Below are positions 54,663 to 64,000 of a stretch of 64,000 bases of DNA, in pieces. Every line of letters starts with the position of its first letter. Position 1 is the first letter of the stretch. The stretch covers positions 3,968,001 through 4,032,000 of the forward strand of contig NW_024704768.1 in the NCBI RefSeq assembly GCF_018977255.1, read 5' to 3'. This DNA is from Callorhinchus milii. Lineage: Eukaryota. The position numbers and the translations under genes are program-made. The notes under the pieces are model-generated. The model made no database searches and was not told where the DNA came from. It was given only the letters and a program-made list of their open reading frames with translations.

Positions 54663-55744
54663 CAGAGAGTGGGAGCAGATAGGTTTGATAAAATCAGAAG
54701 CAGAACAAAAGGGCACTGGTTTCTCTGGGGGCGAGAACATTAGCACAGACACAAAGGATCAAGTGGCTCCTTTCTGTGCTGCATAAATCATTCTAAGTGC
54801 CAAAGCCAATCTATTCCATCTATAGCTCTCGCCTCTTCACTTTGACCCATTGTACTTATTCCCACCCATTCATCACTTCACACAAGCCAAGAGCCCTCAA
54901 TTACTTCATCCCACGAGTAGCCATTCTTCCTGTGGGAGTTGGAGTGAGCGGAAGCAGTGAAACATTAACAGGCTGTGCGAGTCCCGTTAACTCTTGTGCA
55001 CAAGTGAAGCCCAGTAGAATAAAGAGGACACGGAATGGCAAAAGGGCCATTTCAGGAAGTGTTCCTTTACTCAGAGGGTAACTCTGGAACAATGTCTCTC
55101 AATCCCTCTGCCTTGACCCCCTCCCCTCCCCTTTTTCAAATCCCACCTGAGAACCTTCCTCCTCGACTGTGCTTATGGCCACCTCCATCCCCCCCGGCTC
55201 GGAGTCAGGCTCCACCACTGTTAAGCGCTCTGAGACTCTGCCCTGCGTGATGGGCGCTATATACGTGCAAGATGTTGTTGTTTTAATCAAGGACTGGAAC
55301 AAGGTTGCCAGGAAGGGTGAGGGTTGGTTAGGACCAGGGACATTGAGACTCGTTTAAAAAAAGCAGCTCGATGCTGTGATGGGGGGAATGGGAGGGCGGG
55401 TGTTGCGGAGGCGATGAGATGGGGTTGGCCAAAGGGCCTTCTTCATGCCGAACCCACCTTGTGATCTTCTATGACCTGATCATTTCCTAGGAGCTGCTTT
55501 GAGCCAACGAGCCATTGAAATGGGAGACCTTTTTGGGTCTTAGGACAATGTATCAAACGGGACCTTTCCTCAAACCACTTTGCGAGACAGACAGAAAGTA
55601 AGAAAGAAAGAAACAGGAAAAGGGTATTGTTTAGTCTGTTGGATTTATTGGGTTATATTTGCCGCTGAGAGTGTGTGTGTGCGGGGCTGAGAGTAATACA
55701 CACACACGGGCGGGCGGGGGCTGGGGTGGTGGGGGGGTTGGAGT

Positions 55745-57191
55745 TTAATCTTCCAGGACCCGGCGGAAGGAACCAACCCTGGGGTTGGGGGCTCCCCAGT
55801 CAGTGTAGCGTCTGTATTCCCCCCGCTCCAGCAGGTACTGCCTCCCCCTGTAGTTGGGCTGCTCGTAGAAGACCCAGGTGCCGTCCGTCACGCTGCAGGC
55901 CTGGATCTCGCGGGAGGGGAAGCAATCCTGCAGGTTGGGGCAGTCGTCCATGAACTCCATGGACTGACCCCCAAACTCGGGCCTCTCGAACGCCCTCATT
56001 TTGTGGACCCCACTCCTGGCCTGTGAAGAGAAGCCAAACAAAACGTCAGGAAGGGCGGGCGGGCGGGCGGGCGGGCGAGGGATTGGGTGGGTGGGAGGGT
56101 TAGCGGACAATCAACAACAACAACAACAACAGAGCCCTCCCTTCAGCGTCCCGAAGAGCTTAACAGTGGCAGAGCCCGAGCCCCGGGGCAGGCAGGAGGT
56201 GTTCGTAAAGGCAGACGCCACGTGGGGTAAAGAAGGAAGGGGGGCACGGAAATTCAGCCCACGCTGCTCTCCCTGTCACTGACTCCCTGACACACGCACA
56301 CTCCCATTATTATTATATGGTTATTATTACTAATACAGGACGATATAACTACTCACCACACGGATGGAGCGACAGGATCTGATGCAGTCGTTAAAGCCCA
56401 TCCAGCGACTGGAGTCCGGATACTCTCCCCTGGTTAACACATACATGTAGCCCATGAAGTTGGGGCGCTCGTAACACGCCCAGGTGCCGCTCTCCACACG
56501 GATGGAGTTACAGCGGGTGAAGTAAGTGTACATGTCAGGGCACTCGTTGGAGGAACACTCATAGTGTCGGCCTTGGAAGTTCCTCTCCTCGTAGAACACG
56601 ATCTGGAACAGCAGAGAGAAGCTCAATGTCCACATCGCATCATAGAATCTTACAGCACAGAAGGAGGCCATTCGGCTCTTTGAAAGGAGCCCCCAACTAG
56701 TCCCACTCACTCCCCCCACTCCTACCCCCAAAGCCCTGCACGCTGTTCCTTTTCAAGTCCCCATCCAATTCCCTTTTGAAACCTACTATCGAATCTGCCT
56801 CCACCAGCCTTTCAGGCCGTGCAACAAGTCTCTGGGTAGAAAAATATCTCCTCGTCTGGTCTCCCATCTGGTTCTTTTGACAACTATCTTAATTCTGTGT
56901 CCTCCGGTTGCCCACCCGCCCGCCCGCCAGTGGGTAATAACCTCTCTCTCAAAAAGAAACCAAATAATAATATGGTCACTTAATCCACGACTGTTTGTGG
57001 GGACACTGCCGGGCGCAATTGGCTGCCCACAAAATACACAGTCACTCCACTTTACAGCGTATCCCGTGAAGCGCTTTGAATCGTCTCGACGCCGTGATAA
57101 GGCGCTGTGTCAAATGCAAGGATTGTTATTCGGATTGCGGTAGTAACATTTCAATGCTGCGAGGAGACACCTTCTCCCTTACCTTTCCCAT
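55745..57191 (-). CDS. Gamma-crystallin (gammaS-like), copy 1, 176 aa
   Basis: Exons 57183-57191 (MGK|gtaagg), 56357-56602 ([16 protein letters not shown]...[10 protein letters not shown]...) and 55745-56020 ([18 protein letters not shown]...[17 protein letters not shown]). Four Greek-key motifs and the classic 3-exon gamma-crystallin structure; AATAAA at 55644-55649 (minus strand). Confidence 0.95.
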
Positions 57192-57249
57192 TTTGCCTCG
57201 GATAGAATGCTGTCCTCCGACGACTGTGCTCCAGAGGAGGGTTATCAGG

Positions 57250-57346
57250 TTATATAAAGGCCCCACAATGAAAAGTGTGGATAAAGTGCTCTATTGATAT
57301 TTAAATCGTGCTGGGGGGGAAATCAGCAAAAAAGGCAAATTGCTGA
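57250..57346 (-). promoter_or_regulatory. Lens-type promoter of gamma-crystallin copy 1 (TATA, SOX-like site, Maf half-sites)
   Basis: TATATAA at 57250-57256 (minus), CATTGT SOX-like site at ~57265-57270, and TGCTGA/TCAGCA AT-flanked half-MAREs at 57323-57328 and 57341-57346. Confidence 0.6.
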
Positions 57347-57489
57347 TGTGTGTTTTGACGTTTAACACCCATTTACCATTTACTTTGTAACTGTGCTATG
57401 CAACGCAAATCATACCGCCTTCGCATGTCAGCGGTTCGCTTATTTCCTCAGCACGATAGCGCTGGAAACAGAAGTTGCCGGAAAAGAAA

Positions 57490-57870
57490 AATAATAATAA
57501 TCCTCGCCTCATCGCCTCATCGAGACGTCTCAAAGCGCTTCGCAGTTAACACCGTAAAGCGAGTCGACTGCGTGTTGTGAGGGAGAAACAGGGCAGCAAC
57601 GTCCCCACAAACAGTCGCGGATCGTGCAAGCAAATTATTATTATTATTTTTTCTTGGGAAGGGTATTATCCCCGGAAAAGCCATCCGCCAATCGAATAGC
57701 AACTGGGTTCCTACTTACTGCTGGGCAAACAGAGGCGCGTGCGTGTGTGCGTGCGTGTGTGGAGTAAGGAAACTTTTGCCTAACGTTTCACTCTGACCTG
57801 CCCGGGAATTGAACCCGAGTCCTCTCTCGCTTACGAGGTGAGGGGTCTCACCACTGAGCTGCAGGACTCC
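57490..57870 (-). mobile_element. tRNA-derived Deu-type SINE between the crystallin promoters
   Basis: Reverse-complement tail, core and head ending ccactgagctgcaggactcc. Confidence 0.85.
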
Positions 57871-58991
57871 ACGATGAGCTTTCTTGCGGTACACAACGTG
57901 CAAGTTGATGTCGCACCACTAGGTGTCGCTAGATAGTTAACAGATACTGCCCCATCGGCAAAGAATTCCAACTAACCATAAACCTGGCGTTGAAACAACG
58001 GTTCCTTATCATCTCAAAACCCTTGTAGGGTTAGTGACCATTGGTTTTGTTGGCGAACACAGCAGCCAATTTACGCACATCAACGTCCCACAAACAGCTG
58101 TGAAGCGAGAGACTGATCTGATTCGGGGGAATTGTTGGCCCGGACACTGGGGGTAAGAGACCCTCTCTACGGTCTGGAACCGATGGCCTGAAAGGCTGGT
58201 GGGAGCAGATTCGGAGGTAGCTTTCGAAAGGGAATTGGATAAGGGACTTGAAAAGGAAAGATGTGCAGGGCTTTGGGGGTAAGAAAGAAGATCGGGACGA
58301 GTTGGTTGCTCTTCCAAAGAACCAGCACAGGCACGATGATGATGATGATGATAATAATAATAATCCTCGCATTTGACACAGCGCCTGATCACGTCTTCGA
58401 GACGCCTCAAAGAATATACCCTACAGTGTAGTGACTGTGTGTTCTGTGGGCGAAACAGAGCAACCAATTGCGCACAGCAATGGGACGTCCTCCCGACGCG
58501 AAAGGCGCTCTATAAATATCATTTTGCTGTTGTTGTTGTTGTTGAACGGCCTCCTTCTGTGCTGTAAGATTCGATGATGGTGTGAAATGGCCCACCACTG
58601 TATTGGCCAAACTCACCAAAAGATAATAATAATAATCATAATAATAATAATAATAGCGCTTGAATGAATTCAATGCCACGTGGGCACGTTACTCCCTGGA
58701 CAATAGTCAGGGTGGGTACAGGGCATGTGCGGGTACAATGGGTTTCATAGGCAGAACAGGTTTTTTTTTGTTGGAAATTACTTACTTTTTCTGCCCACGT
58801 CAACAGCACACGACAGACGCACTGAATGGGGATTTGCCGCGAACAAATGATAACACATCGGGAATTAATCGCTTCGTTATTATTATTTTTTTTGTGTGTG
58901 TGCGTGAAATTGGCAATAAAAGAAAAGAAGTTTCCAGAGAGAGAGAGAGAGAGAGAGAGATAGAGGAGCTGTTTAATATCTGCGTGCGTTG

Positions 58992-59077
58992 CCAATCACG
59001 CACTGCTGACTGATGGACTATGCCGTCGTGATGAATAGGGCTCCGTCAACGGCTAAACAATTCACAGAGTTTAAATA
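58992..59077 (+). promoter_or_regulatory. Promoter of gamma-crystallin copy 2 (CCAAT, Maf half-site, TATA-like)
   Basis: CCAAT at 58992-58996, TGCTGAC at 59004-59010, TTTAAATA at 59070-59077, about 80 bp upstream of the ATG at 59159. Confidence 0.5.
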
Positions 59078-59158
59078 GAGTTGCCACACGCATCCTCGCC
59101 AACAAGGCTGGCACAGCACCAGACTATTGGGAACAGAACCCACAGCAGCAAACAGAGA

Positions 59159-61038
59159 ATGGGAAAGGTGAGATGACGACGCTACGAACTCATAATATTA
59201 CTGACGATAATCTTTGCATTTGGCCTCTCCAAGCGCTTCACAGGACACGCTGTCAAGCGACTTTGACTGTGGGTTTCGTTGGCGAAACACGGCGGTCGAG
59301 TGCGCACAGCGGCGTCCCCACAAACATTCGGGGATTGAGCGACCACATTATCGTTCTTCTTTTTTTTTTGGAGGGTAAGAGAGTCTTTATCTCAACCCCC
59401 CCCGTCATCTTCCGTTATGTGGAGAGAAACTGGGATTGTTCTACTAAGAGCAGAGAGGTTAAAGGGAGACTTCATAGAGGCGTTTGAAATGATGAAGGGC
59501 GTTTGATAGAGTAGATAGGGAGAAATTGTTTCCTCTGGTATGTGGATGGGACGTTAACCAGAGGACACACATTATTTAAGATAATTGGCAAAAGAACCAG
59601 ATGGGAGACCAGACGAGGAGATATTTTTCTACCCAGAGACTTGTTGCACGGCCTGAAAGGCTGGTGGGGGCAGATTCGATAGGTTTTAAAAGGGAATTGG
59701 ATGGGGGACTTGAAAAGGAACAGCGTGCAGGGCTTTGGGGGTAGGAGTGGGGGGGAGTGAGTGGGACTAGTTGGGGGCTCCTTTCAAAGAGCCGAATGGC
59801 CTCCTTCTGTGCTGTAAGATTCTATGATGCGATGTGGACATTGTGCTTCTCTCTGCTGTTCCAGATCGTGTTCTACGAGGAGAGGAACTTCCAAGGCCGA
59901 CACTATGAGTGTTCCTCCAACGAGTGCCCCGACATGTACACTTACTTCACCCGCTGTAACTCCATCCGTGTGGAGAGCGGCACCTGGGCGTGTTACGAGC
60001 GCTCCAACTTCATGGGCTACATGTATGTGTTAACCAGGGGAGAGTATCCGGACTCCAGTCGCTGGATGGGCTTTAACGACTGCATCAGATCCTGTCGCTC
60101 CATCCGTGTGGTGAGTAGTTATATCGTCCTGTATTAGTAATAATAACCATATAATAATAATATTATTAATAATATAATAATATACCTATAATAACAATAT
60201 TATTAATAATATATTAAAATTATTTACAACAGTAATAAACGCGGCAGCCAATTGCGCACAGCAGCGTCCCCACAAACAGCCGTGGATTGAGTGACCAAAT
60301 ATTTTTGTGGAGAGGGATTATAACCCCCCCCTACCGCTGCTGGTAAACAGAGGCGTGTGCGTGTGTGTGTGTGTGGGGGGGGAGTAAGGAAACTTGCCTA
60401 AGGTTTCGCCCTGACCCGACCCGCCCGGGAATCGAACCCGTGTCCTCTGGCTTGCGAGGCGAGGGGTCTAACCAAAACCCGAGGTGCCATGTGCGTGTGT
60501 CCAGGGAGTCAGTGACAGGGAGAGCAGCGTGGGCTGAATTTCCGTGCCCCCCTTCCTTCTTTACCCCACGTGATGTCTGCCTTTACGGACACCTCCTCCC
60601 TGCCCCGGGGCTCGGGCTCCGCCACTGTTAAGCTCTTCGGGACGCTGAAGGGAGGGCTCTGTTGTTGTTGTTGTTGTTGATTGTCCGCTAACCCTCCCAC
60701 CCACCCAATCCCTCGCCCGCCCGCCCGCCCTTCCTGACGTTTTGTTTGGCTTCTCTTCACAGGCCAGGAGTGGGGTCCACAAAATGAGGGCGTTCGAGAG
60801 GCCCGAGTTCGGGGGTCAGTCCGTGGAGTTCATGGACGACTGCCCCAACCTGCAGGATTGCTTCCCCTCCCGCGAGATCCAGGCCTGCAGCGTGACGGAC
60901 GGCACCTGGGTCTTCTATGAGCAGCCCAACTACAGGGGGAGGCAGTACCTGCTGGAGCGGGGGGAATACAGACGCTACACTGACTGGGGAGCCCCCAACC
61001 CCAGGGTTGGTTCCTTCCGCCGGGTCCTGGAAGATTAA
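59159..61038 (+). CDS. Gamma-crystallin (gammaS-like), copy 2, 176 aa
   Basis: Exons 59159-59167 (MGK|gtgaga), 59865-60110 and 60763-61038. Differs from copy 1 by P>S (ERPNF/ERSNF) and M>V (QSMEF/QSVEF). AATAAA at 61135-61140. Confidence 0.95.
59420..59830 (+). mobile_element. CR1-clade LINE 3' fragment in crystallin intron 1
   Basis: Degenerate [29 protein letters not shown] motif, ending gccgaatggcctccttctgtgctgtaagattctatgat. Confidence 0.75.
60238..60480 (-). mobile_element. SINE fragment present only in intron 2 of crystallin copy 2
   Basis: SINE core and head are present here but absent from the otherwise near-identical intron 2 of copy 1. Confidence 0.85.
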
Positions 61039-64000
61039 ACTCCAACCCCCCCCACCACCCCAGCCCCCGCCCGCCCGTGTGTGTGTATTACTCTCAGCCC
61101 CGCACACACACACTCTCAGCGGCAAATATAACCCAATAAATCCAACAGACTAAACAATACCCTTTTCCTGTTTCTTTCTTTCTTACTTTCTTACTTTTCT
61201 CGCAAAGTGGTTTGAGGAAAGGTCCCGTTTGATACATTGTCCTAAGACCCAAAAAGGTCTCCCATTTCAATGGCTCGTTGGCTCAAAGCAGCTCCTAGGA
61301 AATGATCAGGTCATAGAAGATCACAAGGTGGGTTCGGGATAAAGAAAGCCCTTTGGCCAACCCCATCTCATCGCCTCCGCAACACCCGCCCTCCCCTAGA
61401 CTGTGAGCTCAAAGCCCTGACCTTGTTCTTGAAACCACAACTTCGTCACGACAACAACAAGTTGCATTTGTCAAGCGCCCTTTACGTGGGGTAGTGTCCC
61501 GGGGCGCTTAAAACGCAAGGAGGCTTCCGCGAAGCGGGATAGACACGGAGATGGACATCGAGGACACATCAAAGCACTTGGAGAAGTGAAAGAAGCCAAG
61601 GAGGAAATTGAATCAGAAGGTATTCCGTTAAACTCACAAAATGGCTTAACCCGCAGAACACGATTAATTCCAATGTATTTTTTCCTCCCCAATAGCGTAA
61701 TAAACGGTGTCACTTCTGCTAATATATTTTTCCACCCGCAAACACTACTTTCAAAATCAATGGGAATGGAACCGTTGGCCAATTACAGAGACCTCTCAAT
61801 CACACGGAGAGATATTAGCAGCACAAGCATTCCAAAGCCAGGGTGCGACTGCACTGAAAGCCACAACCTCCCCAGCATCGCCCTGATCAGCCTTAATGAT
61901 AGATGTCGGAAGGGGAATTGAGGGAGTTCCAGAGGGTTGGGACGTGGCCACCGAGAGCACTGCCGATGATGGTGGAGCGGAGGAGGAGGGGGGATGAGGG
62001 ATGTGTTGGAGGCCCCAAGCTGGGGGGGGGTTGGGTGACGTGGCCAAGAAGAATGGGACGTGTAGGTGGTTCAGACAGGTAAGTATGGAGTTCCCAGGGT
62101 GTGAAGTGATTCATGGGTTCTATCAGATCTACATCTGCTGCGGTGTTCCAGTTTGACTGGCAACACAAAGCCTTGGCTATGTGTCAGCGCGAGTTTCCAG
62201 CCGGTCTTTCCACTCCGAGTCCGACAAAATACAATCTGACCACACCCGCCTGCTTCCAGCTGACCAGCCCAGCTTTCAACTCAACCTTTAAGTCAACTCT
62301 TAACTTAGCCTTTATCTCTTGCCAGACAGCTCTCTCTCTCTCTCTCTCTCGCTCAGTGGCCAAGCTATACGGGTTTAGCTGGTTAGACTCCAGCAGTCAC
62401 TCCCAACGCGCTCTCTGGGCTCCCTCCCCCCCCACCACCCCACTCCACCCCTACAAGCCTCGGATCACAAGATCACAAGTGATCAGCGCGATTATTGTGG
62501 TTATTATTAAAAATCAACATGAGTTTCTCCTGCTGTCGTGGCTAACCATCGAATCTCGCCCACGACTATAGTCAGTTCACTTGACGGTCTATTCTGCGAA
62601 GCGCTTTGAGACGTCTGGAAGACCGTGAAAAGCGCTGTATCGAATGCAAGGACTATTATTATTATTATTATCTTCACCCCGCCAACAGAACCGATGGCTG
62701 CGCATAAATCGGCTGCCACTGTTCGCCCACAAAATCAAGTGCCCGTGCGGAGCTTTGAGACATCTTCTTGGCGCGATCGAGCGCTCGATTAAACGCGAAG
62801 ATTTTTACTGTCATAAAACTAAGCAGGTTTTCTAACCTCGTTTGATGTGATTTGAATCGCGCACAGGGAAATGCAGTGGGAGCTCGTGTCAGCGACGCAG
62901 ATGAATGTATTTATATTACGCATTTGAATCATCAGATCTTGAAACGTTAATATATGCGCCTGAAACCAAGTTCAAGCGCATAGTGTAACACAACAATAAT
63001 ATTAATAATAATAATAATAATCCTTGCGTTTGGCGCAGCACCTTTCATGTCGGGAGGACGTCTCAAAGCGCTTCGCACGATTTTGCTGTGAGGCGTTAGT
63101 GACTGTGTGTTTTTGTAGGCAAAAGCCAAACACGCAATCGGACCACTTGACAGTAAATCCATGATTAATTATTGTTATGATGATGATTCAATCCTGTGCC
63201 TCAATCCGAGCAATCTGCCAATCTGCACTTAAAGCCAAATGAGCCAAAGTGCGCATTTGCGACGGATTCTTTCGAAGCAATTACTTTGCAGTGAAATCCA
63301 GCCCAGGAGGTCCAATTTTGCACCGATGTCACGCTAAGTTACATAAAATATTATGCAATATAACATGAAGTACAAAAACCGCTTACATTTGGTGGGTTTG
63401 ACGCAAATATACACTCAGCAGATTAAGTGTTGATGCATTTCAAATAAATATAACATAATGCAATGAAACACAGCCTGTAAACCTTCCCTCACGCTTACAA
63501 TAAGTCCAATAAATCCTTCCCAACAATTAAATTAATAAAAGTGAAGACCTTCCTCTTCGACCGAGCCTGGGGTCAGTGAGTGAGAAGGGAGGGGAAGGGA
63601 AGGGGGGGGGGTGGCCGATGGCATGGTCGAAAAGGAGAGCCCAATAATCCTTGGGCTAATGGTTTCACCAGATGATCCAGTATCTCACAGTGTCCAACTG
63701 TGTCTAACAATGTCCCAAACCTCTTTTCCCATTTCTTTAGTTCTTTTACACCCCAACGTTCGGACACGCGGTGATGAAATAAGGAGGTGTAGTCAGAGGC
63801 CATTCGACCCAATCAAAGCCAACAGATCGTCTCAGAGCCCTTCGCAGGCTGCACTGTAAAGGGAAAGGGCTGTGCCTTTTGTGGGCAAGAGATGGTTTTC
63901 TTGGTAAGGAACTTCCTTCTCCGCTCGAGGAAGGTTTAGCATTTGTTCAGCGCACATAATGCAAAGTAAGATGGCCTCAAATTCAAATGCTTGCCTCCAT

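Larger units (their letters stand above)
55390..61395. repeat. Large inverted repeat (arms ~55390-56878 and ~59590-61395)
   Basis: The arms are near-identical reverse complements covering part of intron 1, exons 2-3, intron 2, the 3'UTR and the 3' flank of both crystallins. Confidence 0.92.

Overview
Vertebrate genomic DNA, not prokaryotic. The tRNA-derived Deu-type SINE and the CR1/L2 LINE fragments suggest a cartilaginous fish, possibly a holocephalan (inference). It has short, GC-rich, microsatellite-rich introns and three assembly gaps. The region is syntenic with human 12q13 (MYL6/SMARCC2/RPL41). Six spliced protein-coding genes were reconstructed by hand from splice signals and reading phase: (1) an uncharacterised ~812-aa gene (+, 5885-11390) with two RRM-like and several KH-like segments resembling RBM43/DTX3L/PARP14 N-termini but no catalytic domain; (2) a myosin essential light chain locus (+, 13688-22917) that appears to encode both a MYL6B-like long form and a 151-aa MYL6-like short form, plus both alternative MYL6 C-termini; (3) SMARCC2/BAF170 (-, 28 coding exons, ~1180 aa); (4) RPL41/eS32 (-, 25 aa, missed by the ORF track, ending in CR instead of SK); (5,6) two divergently transcribed, nearly identical gamma(S-like)-crystallin genes inside a large inverted repeat but with unrelated promoters and first exons. 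Further signals are a tandem CTCF-like array at the SMARCC2 promoter, a possible internal first exon of SMARCC2, and non-canonical splice sites. Most ORFs in the supplied track are spurious repeat translations.
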